Part shown: positions 1-9,682 of the stretch, piece by piece
Layout: every line of letters starts with the position of its first letter
Numbering within the stretch: the stretch's first letter is position 1
From: Clostridia bacterium
Lineage (GTDB): Bacteria > Bacillota > Clostridia > TANB77 > CAG-508
Direction of reading: 5' to 3'
Assembly (NCBI GenBank): GCA_017528375.1
Contig: JAFXOY010000093.1
Coordinates: 1 to 32,000, forward strand
Length of the DNA: 32,000 nt
Notes under the pieces: model-generated
Seen by the model: the letters and a program-made list of their open reading frames with translations, nothing else
The model's database searches: none
Told to the model about the DNA's origin: nothing
Program-made: the position numbers and the translations under genes

Positions 1-2
1 AT

Positions 3-611
3 GAAATATATAATAATATTAATAAAAATCAAAAAGATGATACTTTTGAGAAAGATGATGATATATTAGATAAAAATTTAAATATTAATAAAATAAATAT
101 AGAAAATTTAATTATAAATATTAATAAAAAAATAGATTTAATTTCTGGAATTAATTTAATTTTCGATTCTAATAATAAAATTAGTGAAGAAAAATTAAAT
201 TATATTATAAAAATATTATCAGAAAAATATGATTTTATTATTATTGATACTTCGTCAGAATGTTTTTTTGAATATAATAAAGAATTAATAAAAATAAGTG
301 ATAAAAGTATTTTTTTGACAGAACCAAATCTGCTAGAAATAAGTAAAAGCAAACGCTTTTTAGAAATGTATTATTACAATTGGAAAATTGAAAAAAATAA
401 AATAAATATTATTTTTAATAAATTTAATAAAAATAGTATTGATATTAATTTATTAAAAAAATTATTTTATGATTATAAAATAATTGGAAAAATAAAATTA
501 AAAAATAATTATAATTTATTAATTAATAATAATTTTAAAAATATTAAAATAAAAAATAATTTAATAAAAAAATATAATAATTTTGGAAAAAATTTTTTAA
601 TAAATAATTAG
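3..611 (+). CDS. MinD/ParA-family P-loop ATPase, C-terminal part (5' end lies outside the window)
   Basis: Frame 3 is open from nt 3 to the TAG at 609-611. The ORF track only reports the part after an internal TTG at 315. The translation contains KYDFIIIDTSSECFF (the hhhhD(T/S) Walker-B-type box of MinD/ParA/CpaE ATPases), then SIFLTEPNLLEISKSKRFLE and INIIFNKF, in the usual order for this family. Extremely Asn/Ile/Lys-rich. Confidence 0.5.
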   Translation, partial: EIYNNINKNQKDDTFEKDDDILDKNLNINKINIENLIININKKIDLISGINLIFDSNNKISEEKLNYIIKILSEKYDFIIIDTSSECFFEYNKELIKISDKSIFLTEPNLLEISKSKRFLEMYYYNWKIEKNKINIIFNKFNKNSIDINLLKKLFYDYKIIGKIKLKNNYNLLINNNFKNIKIKNNLIKKYNNFGKNFLINN

Positions 612-621
612 GAGGTTTTTT

Positions 622-1332
622 ATGGAATTAATTCAAAATTTAAATAATAATTTATCAGAAGATATAAATATTAATAATTTACAAAATAATTTTTTAAAAT
701 CAAATATTGGACAAATTGCCAATACTGCCATTGATATTGGAATAAAAAGCTTAATGCCTGAATTTATTGAAAATGAAGTTATTGATGTTAAAAATGCAAT
801 AATTAATGGAGGAATAAAAGAAGGAATAAATACGGCAATTGAAAATGCAATAAATTTAGGAAAAAATATTTTAGGTATTAATAATAGTGATATCAAGTCT
901 ATTGGTGAGGCAAAAAGCATTTTAGAAAATGGTAATTTAATAAATGGTATTTCCAAAAGTATGGACTTTGTTTTGGAAGGGTTATCAGATAATAATATTA
1001 TTTCAAAAAATACTTTTAATTTAATAAAAGGAGGTAAAGATTTAATATTAAATAATATTAGTACTAATGTAGAAAATGAATTCGAAAATGAAATTAAATC
1101 TTTGAAAAAAATAGAAAAATATATTTCTAATTGGGAAAAATATTATTCAGAAAAAAATATGGATGGTTTAAATAAAGAATATAAAAAAATAGAAAAACAA
1201 ATAAAAAATATTTTACCATTAAAAAATATAATTAATAATATTAATAAAATAGAAAATATTAATGAATTAATTAAAAATAATGAAAATTTTGATTTTAGCG
1301 AATATTATTTAGACTTGGCAGGTAGTTTTTAA
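622..1332 (+). CDS. hypothetical Asn/Ile/Lys/Glu-rich protein (236 aa), family not recognised
   Basis: AGGAGG at 610-615 lies 6 nt before the ATG at 622, directly after the preceding stop. The frame is long and open in very AT-rich DNA. There is no signal peptide or TM segment. The N-terminal half has Gly/Ile/Asn repeats and the C-terminal half looks like a charged coiled coil. Confidence 0.55.
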   Translation: MELIQNLNNNLSEDININNLQNNFLKSNIGQIANTAIDIGIKSLMPEFIENEVIDVKNAIINGGIKEGINTAIENAINLGKNILGINNSDIKSIGEAKSILENGNLINGISKSMDFVLEGLSDNNIISKNTFNLIKGGKDLILNNISTNVENEFENEIKSLKKIEKYISNWEKYYSEKNMDGLNKEYKKIEKQIKNILPLKNIINNINKIENINELIKNNENFDFSEYYLDLAGSF

Positions 1333-1359
1333 TATTTAAATTTAAATTTTTTTATAAAA

Positions 1360-1519
1360 TTAATATACTACATCTTAAAGTTACTCTGTTAAATTTTCTT
1401 AAATATCAAAAATTAAACTGTATTCTTAATTTTTTTTCTTAAATTATACATAGAATCTTTTAAAATTTTATTCAAAAATCACCAATTTAACAGAGTAACT
1501 TTAAGATGTAGTATATTAA
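1360..1519. repeat. perfect 36-bp inverted repeat (arms 1360-1395 and 1484-1519) around an 88-bp spacer
   Basis: The left arm is ttaatatactacatcttaaagttactctgttaaatt. The right arm is its exact reverse complement. Checked base by base. Confidence 0.9.
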
Positions 1520-1603
1520 AAAATAAATAAAAATTTAATAAAAAAAGAAATAAAAATATTGTTAAAAATATTAAAAAAAGTTACGGAAATTTGGATTTTC
1601 TTA

Positions 1604-1632
1604 TTGCATATTTTTTCCTATTTTAGTATAAT
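1604..1632 (+). promoter_or_regulatory. sigma-A-type promoter candidate for gyrA
   Basis: TTGCAT (1604-1609), 17-nt spacer, TATAAT (1627-1632), about 35 nt upstream of the gyrA start. Confidence 0.45.
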
Positions 1633-1668
1633 ACAAGGAGTGAATACACTAGAAAAGGGGTAGAAAAT

Positions 1669-4113
1669 ATGGATTCAAAGGACGGAAAAATTATACAAAG
1701 AGATATCGAAACAGAAATGAAAACTTCTTATATTGATTATGCAATGAGTGTTATAGTTTCTCGTGCACTACCAGATGTTAGAGATGGTTTGAAACCAGTT
1801 CACAGAAGAATTTTATATGCTATGTATGAAGATGGTATTACTTCAGACAAGCCTTACAGAAAATGCGCAAATACAGTAGGTTCTGTTTTAGGTCGTTACC
1901 ATCCACATGGCGATTCATCTGTTTATGATGCTATGGTAAGAATGGCGCAAGACTTTTCTTTAAGATATCCTTTAATAGATGGTCATGGAAATTTTGGTTC
2001 AATAGATGGTGATGGAGCTGCCGCAATGAGGTATACAGAAGCCAGAATGGCTAAAATTTCTGAATTAATGTTAACAGATATTGAAAAAAATACAGTTGAT
2101 TTTATGCCAAACTATGATGATAGATTACAGGAGCCTGTTGTTTTACCTTCAAAAATTCCAACATTATTAATTAATGGATCATCAGGGATTGCCGTTGGTA
2201 TGGCTACAAATATTCCACCACACAATCTTACAGAAGTAATTAATGGTATAGTTAAAATTATAGATGAAGATGATGTATCTGATGAAGAATTAATGAAAAT
2301 TATTAAAGGTCCAGATTTTCCAACTGGAGGAGTAATTCTTGGATATGAAGGAATAAAACAAGCATATACAACAGGAAGAGGAAAAATTACAGTTAGGGCT
2401 GAAGCTGAAATAGAAGAAATGAGTGGAAATAAACAAAGAATTATTGTTACATCACTTCCATACCAAGTTAATAAAGCAAAATTAGTTGAAAATATTGCTT
2501 CTTTAGCTAGGGAAAAGAGAATTGAAGGTATTTCAGATTTAAGAGATGAATCAGATAGAAATGATAAAGTTAGAATTGTAATTGAATTAAAAAGAGATGC
2601 AAATGCTCAAGTTGTTTTGAATCAATTATATAAATTTACACAAATGCAAGATACATTTGGAGCAATTTTACTAGCTTTAGTAAATGGAGAACCAAAAGTA
2701 TTAACACTAAGGCAATGTTTAGATTACTATATTGAACATAGAAAAGAAGTAATTTTGCGTAGAACACAATTTGAATTAGATAAAGCTTTAGCAAGAGCTC
2801 ATATATTAGAAGGTTTAAAAATAGCTTTAGATAATATCGATGAAGTTATTAATATAATTCGTGCTTCATATGATGATCCAAAAGAAAGATTAATGGAAAG
2901 ATTTGGTTTATCTGATATTCAAGCACAAGCTATTCTAGATATGAGATTAAAAACTTTATCTGGATTGCAAAGAGAAAAAATCGAAGATGAATATAATGAA
3001 TTAATGAAATTAATTGCACATTTAAGAGAAATTTTAAATAGTGAAAAATTAGTTTTTGATATCATCAAAACAGAATTATTAGAAATAAAAGAAAAATATG
3101 GTGATGAAAGATTAACTAAAATAGTTGCAGCTGAAGGTGAATTTAATGTTGAAGATTTAATTAAAGATGAACAAACTGTAGTTGCATTAACTCATTTTGG
3201 TTATATTAAAAGAATGCCAATTGATACTTACAAGAGTCAAAGAAGAGGTGGAAAGGGAATAACAGGAATTGCAACAAGAGAAGAAGATTTTGTTAAACAA
3301 ATATTCACAGCTTCTACACATGATACAATATTATTCTTTAGTAACAAAGGTAAATTATACAGATTAAGAGGATATGAAATTCCTGAAGCAGGAAGAACTG
3401 CAAAAGGAACAGCTATTGTTAACTTACTAAGTCTTGACAATGGAGAAAAGATATCTGCTGTAATTCCATTACAAAACTTCGCTGAAGGAAAATATTTGTT
3501 GATGGCAACACGAAATGGTTTAATCAAGAAAACAGCATTAAGCGAATATAGTTCAAGCAAGAGAACAGGATTACTTGCTATAACATTAAAAGAAGATGAT
3601 GAATTAATCGACGTTAGATTAACTGATGGTGAAGATAATGTTGTATTAGTAACAAGTAAAGGTATGTCAATTACTTTTGATGAAAAAGATGTAAGACCTG
3701 TTGGAAGAACTGCGCAAGGTGTTCTTGGAATAAGATTAGATAAAGATGATTTCGTAATTGGAATGGAATCTGTAATTGGTGGAAAAAATGCTACATTATT
3801 AGCAATCACTGAAAATGGATTTGGAAAGAGAACAGAACTTGAAGAATATAGAGTACAAAACAGGGGAGGAAAAGGTGTAATAACATACAAAATAACTCCT
3901 AAAACAGGAAATATAGTTGGAATTAGAATTGCTAATGGAAATGAAGATGTTATGATGATAACAGACAAAGGAACAATTATAAGATTAAAAGTTTCTGAAG
4001 TTAGTGTATTAGGAAGATCTACTCAAGGTGTTACTTTAATGAGAACTAACGACGGAGGAAAAGTAGTTAGCATAGAAATTATAGAACCTGAAGAAAATGA
4101 AAATAAAGAATAA
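1669..4113 (+). CDS. gyrA: DNA gyrase subunit A
   Basis: 814 aa. Contains the hallmark GyrA N-terminus ([30 protein letters not shown]), the [21 protein letters not shown] with wild-type-like Ser/Asp at the E. coli 83/87-equivalent positions, and the active-site region [11 protein letters not shown]. The C-terminal beta-pinwheel repeats follow. RBS aagggg lies upstream. Confidence 0.97.
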   Translation: MDSKDGKIIQRDIETEMKTSYIDYAMSVIVSRALPDVRDGLKPVHRRILYAMYEDGITSDKPYRKCANTVGSVLGRYHPHGDSSVYDAMVRMAQDFSLRYPLIDGHGNFGSIDGDGAAAMRYTEARMAKISELMLTDIEKNTVDFMPNYDDRLQEPVVLPSKIPTLLINGSSGIAVGMATNIPPHNLTEVINGIVKIIDEDDVSDEELMKIIKGPDFPTGGVILGYEGIKQAYTTGRGKITVRAEAEIEEMSGNKQRIIVTSLPYQVNKAKLVENIASLAREKRIEGISDLRDESDRNDKVRIVIELKRDANAQVVLNQLYKFTQMQDTFGAILLALVNGEPKVLTLRQCLDYYIEHRKEVILRRTQFELDKALARAHILEGLKIALDNIDEVINIIRASYDDPKERLMERFGLSDIQAQAILDMRLKTLSGLQREKIEDEYNELMKLIAHLREILNSEKLVFDIIKTELLEIKEKYGDERLTKIVAAEGEFNVEDLIKDEQTVVALTHFGYIKRMPIDTYKSQRRGGKGITGIATREEDFVKQIFTASTHDTILFFSNKGKLYRLRGYEIPEAGRTAKGTAIVNLLSLDNGEKISAVIPLQNFAEGKYLLMATRNGLIKKTALSEYSSSKRTGLLAITLKEDDELIDVRLTDGEDNVVLVTSKGMSITFDEKDVRPVGRTAQGVLGIRLDKDDFVIGMESVIGGKNATLLAITENGFGKRTELEEYRVQNRGGKGVITYKITPKTGNIVGIRIANGNEDVMMITDKGTIIRLKVSEVSVLGRSTQGVTLMRTNDGGKVVSIEIIEPEENENKE

Positions 4114-4126
4114 AAATAAATAAAAT

Positions 4127-4158
4127 AAAAGCTACAGTTTATTGTAGCTTTTATTTTT
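4127..4158. terminator. bidirectional intrinsic terminator between convergent gyrA and dnaI
   Basis: Stem aaaagctaca (4127-4136) pairs with tgtagctttt (4143-4152). It is flanked by A and T runs. Confidence 0.7.
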
Positions 4159-5170
4159 ATCTATTAGAAAATCTAATATCATCACCAAAAAATCTGCAAA
4201 TATTATAATTACCAATTAATCTTGATGTAATTCTTTCTCCATATGTTTTATTTAAAATTGGTAAACTTAAATTAGTTGAAATAATTGTTTTTAGACATTT
4301 ATTATTTTGATTTAATAAACGCGTATTTATAATATTAAATAATTCGGTAAATTTAATATTATTTAAGGATTCGGTTCCTAAATCATCAATAATTAATAAA
4401 TCAACATCCAATAAATTTTTATAAGTTTCATCTGAAGAATTATTTTTATTAAATTTATAATCAATTATTGTATCTAACATAATAGGTGCGGTTTGATATA
4501 AAACTGTTTTGTCTCTATCTATCATTTCCCTAGCAATACAGCTTGATAAAAATGTTTTTCCAAGACCAGTATTTCCAGTAAATAATAAATTTTTTTCATT
4601 AGGGTCATCAAAATTATTAATAAAATTCATACATACATTTTTTATTAAAGTAATATTTTCCCTTGGTGAAATATCTGAATTATATTTTTCTTTATCAACT
4701 TTATCAGAATATTTTTCAAGAGAAAAATTATCAAAATTTTGTGTTTCTAAATTAGCAATATTTGATTTATTATATTTAATATTATAAATTTCTTGTTTTA
4801 AACAATTACACATTACGGTACTAATATTATTTGTAACATAACCGGTGTCGTTACATAATTTACATGAATAATTAGGCAATAAATAATCATCAGGTAGATT
4901 TAAAGTCTTAATTATTTGAGCTTTTTCAGCTTTAAGAGTATCTACTTTATTATTTAATTCGTCTAATAATTCTTTCGAATTAGACATAATCAAAGCTTTA
5001 GCAGTTGAAATACCAACTCTTGTTAGTTCATCATCTATATCTTGTAATCTAGGATTTTCAAAATATAATTTACTTTTTCTTACTTCTAAATCTTTTTCAG
5101 CAAATAATCTTTTTTGTTCATATTTTTTTAAAAGGTTTGATAAAATACTACTGTCTACCATTTGGATCAC
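4157..5170 (-). CDS. dnaI: primosomal helicase loader, DnaI/DnaC family AAA+ ATPase
   Basis: Walker A GNTGLGKTFL and Walker B LLIIDDLG. The N-terminal Cys cluster (CKLCNDTGYV...CNC) is typical of the DnaI zinc module. The gene overlaps the upstream DnaD-domain gene, as in the B. subtilis dnaB-dnaI operon. Confidence 0.8.
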   Translation of the reverse strand: MIQMVDSSILSNLLKKYEQKRLFAEKDLEVRKSKLYFENPRLQDIDDELTRVGISTAKALIMSNSKELLDELNNKVDTLKAEKAQIIKTLNLPDDYLLPNYSCKLCNDTGYVTNNISTVMCNCLKQEIYNIKYNKSNIANLETQNFDNFSLEKYSDKVDKEKYNSDISPRENITLIKNVCMNFINNFDDPNEKNLLFTGNTGLGKTFLSSCIAREMIDRDKTVLYQTAPIMLDTIIDYKFNKNNSSDETYKNLLDVDLLIIDDLGTESLNNIKFTELFNIINTRLLNQNNKCLKTIISTNLSLPILNKTYGERITSRLIGNYNICRFFGDDIRFSNR

Positions 5171-6146
5171 TTCCTAACTTATTTGTATTATTTATATAGA
5201 AATTGTCCCAATTTGAGAACTCTCTTTGATCATAATTCGTATATCCAGTTTGTTTTTCTAATTTTTTAATATTTTGATTTTTATTTTTTGTTTCTAATAT
5301 ATATGAATTAATTTCTGCAGGAGTCTTTAATTTTCTTTCATGCCAGTCAGTCAAAATTTTATCTAAATAATCAAAGCTAATATTAGATTTCGAAGTAGTT
5401 TTTTTCAAAGCTAATTCGATTACATCAAAATTATAACCATAATCTACATTCCACCTTGAAACATATCCTTCTTCATACTGTGATAACTGTCTATTTAAAT
5501 TTAATTTTTTAGAAATTGTATGACTAATACTTTTTAGTTTCTCTTGTTTTTCCATATATAACTCTAAATCATTAAATGTTTTAACATGATTTTGAGACCA
5601 ACTTTCTGCAACAGTTTGTATATAATTTCTATGAAGTGCAGAATGATTAAAGCAAACTCTAAATAAAGCAATCATAACTTCTTCATCAAAATTATATTTT
5701 TTAAACCATAAATCAATATCACTATACCATGATGGAGACATGATACCTTGGAAAAATTCGTTATTAATATTTTCAATTGCTTTAGAACGATATTGATTTT
5801 TAGCGGATTTTTCAAGTTCTTCTGGAGATGAAGTAATTTTAGGATTATATAATTTGTGTAATTCAATTTCTTGTAAATTATTTAAAATATAACCTGTATT
5901 TTTCTTTGTAATAATTTTTTGTTCTTCCCAGAATTTAATTCCATCTTGAATAGTTTTTAATGGAAGTTGTAACTTTTTAGCTAAATCATTAACTTTAATA
6001 TCTTTTCCATACTTAGAAAGAAACATCATATATAAATATATCTTTACGTAGTTTCCATCAGCATATGATAAGTATTCAGAAAAGAATACATCAGGTATTG
6101 ATGTTGTTGAAAAAATAAATGGTGAATCACTTTGCTCTAATTTCAT
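5148..6146 (-). CDS. DnaD-domain replication initiation / membrane attachment protein (B. subtilis DnaB/DnaD-like)
   Basis: 332 aa. N-terminal winged-helix-like region (YVKIYLYMMFLSKYGK). C-terminal DnaD-type repeat (YVSRWNVDYGYNFDVIELALKK...FDYLDKILTDWHERKLKT). Translationally coupled to dnaI by a 23-nt overlap. Confidence 0.7.
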   Translation of the reverse strand: MKLEQSDSPFIFSTTSIPDVFFSEYLSYADGNYVKIYLYMMFLSKYGKDIKVNDLAKKLQLPLKTIQDGIKFWEEQKIITKKNTGYILNNLQEIELHKLYNPKITSSPEELEKSAKNQYRSKAIENINNEFFQGIMSPSWYSDIDLWFKKYNFDEEVMIALFRVCFNHSALHRNYIQTVAESWSQNHVKTFNDLELYMEKQEKLKSISHTISKKLNLNRQLSQYEEGYVSRWNVDYGYNFDVIELALKKTTSKSNISFDYLDKILTDWHERKLKTPAEINSYILETKNKNQNIKKLEKQTGYTNYDQREFSNWDNFYINNTNKLGSDPNGRQ

Positions 6147-6283
6147 ATTACTACCTCCATTTCGAATTTGGTCAAATTATATCATTAAAAGGCGCTTTCT
6201 TCAATACTAAAACAGAATTTTGTGATTTAGTATAAATTTTTCAAAATTTGGAAAAAATGTAATAAAGAAGGGAGCGATTAAAT

Positions 6284-7435
6284 TTGTATATATATTCTCA
6301 TAAAAAGAAAAAAATAAAAAGAGTTTCAATAATAGTATCTATAGTAATAATAGCAATATTAAGCTTTATAAAATTATATCAAATATATGCAGGTATAGAA
6401 ATTAAAGATTATAACTCTGTAGATGCCAGACGTTTATCTCAAACAGTAGAGGAAAAGAAAAATGAGGATTTAACAATAACACAAATGCTAGAAAATACTA
6501 CGGATAGTGTCGTTGGAGTCTCTAAACTAAAAAATAACGGAAATACAATTTTTAGTGAAAACGGAGTATCCCAAATGGGAATTGGAAGTGGAGTTATAAT
6601 ATCAGAAAAAGGATTTATTCTAACCAATGAACATGTATCAGGTCCTAAAAATAGTACATGTTATGTAACAATGGAAGACGGAAAAAACTATAATGCAAAT
6701 GTAGTTTGGTCCGATCCTAATTTAGACTTAGCAATTATAAAAATAAATATGAAGTGTATAAGTTATGCAAAATTAGGAGATTCAGATTTGTTAAAAGTAG
6801 GAGAAAGCGTATATGCAATAGGAAATCCTATAGGATTTGAATTTCAAAAAACAGTAACATCAGGAATTGTAAGTGCATTAAATAGAACAATTATTTTTAA
6901 AGAAAATAATCAAGCTAATGGAAGCTCAAGTAAAGAAGAACATGAAGTATATATGTCAAATTTAATTCAAACAGATGCAACAATAAATCCAGGAAATAGT
7001 GGTGGACCATTAATAAATAATAATGGTGAAATTGTAGGAATTAATACTGTTAAAATTACTTCAGCTGAGGGAATTGGTTTTGCAGTACCAGTTAATAGTA
7101 TCAAACCTATAATTGATAGATTAGAAACTGAAGGAAAATTTGAAGAAGCAAGTATAGGAATTTTTGCTTATGATAAAAACGTAATTCCGTATTTAAATAC
7201 AAATATAAAATTTGAAACAGGAATTTATATTGCACAAATATCACTTGATTCGCCAGCAATTACAAGTGGCCTACAAATTGGTGATGTAATAACAAAAATT
7301 GATGATAAATCATTAGAAAAAATGTGTGATTTACGAGAATATATTTATACTAAAAAAATTGGAGATAAAGTAACTTTAACAGTTTTAAGGAATAATAAAG
7401 AAAGAAATGTTGAAATTAAATTAAGTAAAAAATAA
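6284..7435 (+). CDS. htrA: HtrA/DegP-family serine protease with N-terminal membrane anchor and C-terminal PDZ domain
   Basis: Catalytic-triad contexts TNEHV, DLAIIKI and GNSGGPL. PDZ-like tail (GLQIGDVITKIDDK). TM segment VSIIVSIVIIAILSFI. A TTG start at 6284 follows aagggag; no in-frame ATG precedes the TM segment. Confidence 0.88.
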   Translation: MYIYSHKKKKIKRVSIIVSIVIIAILSFIKLYQIYAGIEIKDYNSVDARRLSQTVEEKKNEDLTITQMLENTTDSVVGVSKLKNNGNTIFSENGVSQMGIGSGVIISEKGFILTNEHVSGPKNSTCYVTMEDGKNYNANVVWSDPNLDLAIIKINMKCISYAKLGDSDLLKVGESVYAIGNPIGFEFQKTVTSGIVSALNRTIIFKENNQANGSSSKEEHEVYMSNLIQTDATINPGNSGGPLINNNGEIVGINTVKITSAEGIGFAVPVNSIKPIIDRLETEGKFEEASIGIFAYDKNVIPYLNTNIKFETGIYIAQISLDSPAITSGLQIGDVITKIDDKSLEKMCDLREYIYTKKIGDKVTLTVLRNNKERNVEIKLSKK

Positions 7436-7456
7436 TTATTAAAGGAGTGAATTATT

Positions 7457-8986
7457 ATGATGGAAAAATCATTATGGATAGCTGATAGCTGCGAAACAAA
7501 TTACCCAGAATTAAAAGAAGATATTAATGCTGAAGTATGTATAATAGGTGGAGGTATTGTAGGAGCAATAACTGCATATTTATTAGAAAAAAATGGGGTA
7601 AATGTTGTAGTTCTTGAAAAGGATAAAATATGTATGGGAGTGACTGCAAACTCTACGGCCAAACTAACTAGCCAACATGGGTTATTTTATAAATATTTAG
7701 AAAATGAAAATGGATTAAATTTTGCAAAAAAATATTTAGAATCAAATGAAGAGGGAATAAAATTAGCAGAAAAAATAATAAAAGAAGAAACTATAGATTG
7801 TGATTATGAAAAAAAGGATGCATATGTTTTTGCAACTAATGAAAGTGAACTTAAGAAAATTGAAGAAGAAATTGATGTATTAAAACGAATTAATTATGAT
7901 GCAGAACTCGAAAAAAATATAGATATTCCAGTTGAAAAATGTTTAGGAGCTGTTAAGTTTAAAAATCAAGCACAATTTAATAGCAGAAAATATGTTATAG
8001 AATTATTTAAAATTGTAAGTAGAATTGGAGGAAAAATATATGAAAATAGTAAAGTAGAAAATATCCAGCATGATAATGCGGCATATAATATAAGTGCAAA
8101 TGGTTATAATGTAAAGGCTAAAAATGTTGTAATTAGTACACATTATCCAATAAAAAATTTTCCAGGAATGTACTTTAGCAAAATGTATCAAGACAAATCA
8201 TATGCAATTGCAGTAGATACAAAGCAAGATGAGAACGAAATTATAGATGGAATGTTTATACAATCATGTGATCCCGTAATATCTTTTAGAACTGCAAAAT
8301 ATAAAGATAAAAATTTATTAATAGTAGCTGGTTCTGGACATAGAACAGGACAAGCTGAAGGAAAAATAGAAGACAGTTTTGTTAATTTGGAAAATTATAT
8401 AAAAAAATATTATCCTAATGCAGAAACAAAATTCAAGTGGTCTACAGAAGATTGTGTAACACTAGACAAAGTTCCATATATAGGTCAGTTTTCAAATTTA
8501 TTACCAAACATGTATGTTGCTACAGGATTTAAAAAATGGGGAATGAGTACGTCACATGTAGCAGGAAAATTAATATCAGATTTAATATTAGGTAAAGAAA
8601 ATGAATATGTTGATATTTACAAAGCAACAAGGTTAGAACCAATAAAAAATATTAAAGAGTTTGGAAACATGTTAAAAGAAAGCACATATTCATTATTAAT
8701 TAATAAAATAAAACCAGCAAAAGATATTTTAGAAAAAATACCTTTAGGAGATGGAGGAATAGTTGAAATAGATGGGGATAAAGTAGGCATATATAAAAGA
8801 GATGATGGTGAAATTTTCGCTGTAAAGCCATATTGTGGTCATTTAGGTTGTTTAGTATCATGGAATAATTTAGAAAAAACATGGGATTGCCCATGCCATG
8901 GCTCTAGATATGATTATATGGGAAATATTATTACTGAACCTACTGTAAAAAAATTAGAAAAAATAAATATTGAATATGATGAATAA
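7457..8986 (+). CDS. FAD-dependent oxidoreductase (DAO family) fused to a C-terminal Rieske [2Fe-2S] domain (YhfW-like)
   Basis: N-terminal dinucleotide-binding motif VCIIGGGIVGAITAYLL. C-terminal Rieske motif CGHLGC...CPCHGSRYD. AGGAG RBS upstream. Confidence 0.85.
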   Translation: MMEKSLWIADSCETNYPELKEDINAEVCIIGGGIVGAITAYLLEKNGVNVVVLEKDKICMGVTANSTAKLTSQHGLFYKYLENENGLNFAKKYLESNEEGIKLAEKIIKEETIDCDYEKKDAYVFATNESELKKIEEEIDVLKRINYDAELEKNIDIPVEKCLGAVKFKNQAQFNSRKYVIELFKIVSRIGGKIYENSKVENIQHDNAAYNISANGYNVKAKNVVISTHYPIKNFPGMYFSKMYQDKSYAIAVDTKQDENEIIDGMFIQSCDPVISFRTAKYKDKNLLIVAGSGHRTGQAEGKIEDSFVNLENYIKKYYPNAETKFKWSTEDCVTLDKVPYIGQFSNLLPNMYVATGFKKWGMSTSHVAGKLISDLILGKENEYVDIYKATRLEPIKNIKEFGNMLKESTYSLLINKIKPAKDILEKIPLGDGGIVEIDGDKVGIYKRDDGEIFAVKPYCGHLGCLVSWNNLEKTWDCPCHGSRYDYMGNIITEPTVKKLEKINIEYDE

Positions 8987-8992
8987 TAAAAA

Positions 8993-9025
8993 AGACAAGT
9001 AAATAAAAATTACTTGTCTTTGATA
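8993..9025. terminator. hairpin terminator shared by the oxidoreductase gene (+) and tRNA-Arg (-)
   Basis: Stem agacaagta (8993-9001) pairs with tacttgtct (9011-9019). The T-run is best on the minus strand. Confidence 0.5.
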
Positions 9026-9028
9026 GTA

Positions 9029-9105
<77 letters not shown>

Positions 9106-9118
9106 AAAACTATATATT

Positions 9119-9147
9119 ATTATAACTGTTTTTTATTATTATTTCAA
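9119..9147 (-). promoter_or_regulatory. promoter of tRNA-Arg(ACG)
   Basis: On the minus strand: TTGAAA (9142-9147), 17 nt, TATAAT (9119-9124). The tRNA 5' end is 13 nt downstream. Confidence 0.55.
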
Positions 9148-9186
9148 GAGAAAAATGTTTTTTTATAAAAATTTTTTAAAAAACTC

Positions 9187-9215
9187 TTGAAAAATGTATT
9201 AGATTATGTTATATT
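9187..9215 (+). promoter_or_regulatory. promoter of tRNA-Pro
   Basis: TTGAAA (9187-9192), 17 nt, TATATT (9210-9215). It lies back to back with the tRNA-Arg promoter. Confidence 0.5.
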
Positions 9216-9247
9216 ATATTAGTCATCAAAAAGATGAAAAAAATAAT

Positions 9248-9323
9248 CGAGGCGTAGCGCAGTTGGTAGCGCGCGTGGTTTGGGACCATGAGGTCGCAGG
9301 TTCGATCCCTGTCGCCTCGACCA
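9248..9323 (+). tRNA. tRNA-Pro (anticodon UGG)
   Basis: Cloverleaf folded by hand. Acceptor stem cgaggcg/cgcctcg, anticodon loop ttTGGga, T-loop ttcgatc, encoded CCA. 76 nt. Confidence 0.92.
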
Positions 9324-9325
9324 TA

Positions 9326-9366
9326 AAAAGCTATTTTCTAAATATATTAGAAAATAGCTTTTTTAT
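9326..9366. terminator. bidirectional terminator between tRNA-Pro and the convergent T4SS-like operon
   Basis: Perfect 15-bp stem: aaaagctattttcta (9326-9340) pairs with tagaaaatagctttt (9348-9362). T/A runs on both sides. Confidence 0.75.
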
Positions 9367-9367
9367 T

Positions 9368-9655
9368 TTAAAATTCTTTTTTAAACAAATAAATTTTCTG
9401 TTTAATTAAAAATCTAACAACATACTTCAAAGTGTAAACCGGAGATTCATTATTAAATCCAACTATAGTAATTAATAAAACCGGAAAAGATAAAAGTGTA
9501 AAAATAAAGATTCTAATAGAAATATTAGCATCAATATTTCTTAATAAAAAATAAATAAAAACATCCCACACGATATTAACTATAGCAGTTGGATAATCAA
9601 TAATTCCAAATATTCTATTTTTAAATTTGTAATTTTTAGGAATAATAAACTTCAT
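9368..9655 (-). CDS. small two-TM membrane protein, PrgI/TcpE (VirB3-like) family candidate
   Basis: The start was moved to the ATG at 9655 (MKFIIPKNYKFKNRIFGIIDYPT...), which has RBS aaagga 8 nt upstream; the track start at 9682 is a TTG. The pattern IPKxxxxxKxxIFG, then two hydrophobic helices and a basic tail, matches PrgI-family proteins of Gram-positive conjugation systems. Assigned by motif recall only. Confidence 0.45.
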   Translation of the reverse strand: MKFIIPKNYKFKNRIFGIIDYPTAIVNIVWDVFIYFLLRNIDANISIRIFIFTLLSFPVLLITIVGFNNESPVYTLKYVVRFLIKQKIYLFKKEF

Positions 9656-9682
9656 AAAACAAATCCTTTCTATAAAAAGCAA

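Noticed and set aside
9206-9409. A 67-aa ORF on the plus strand.
   Set aside because: It is the translation of tRNA-Pro and its terminator.
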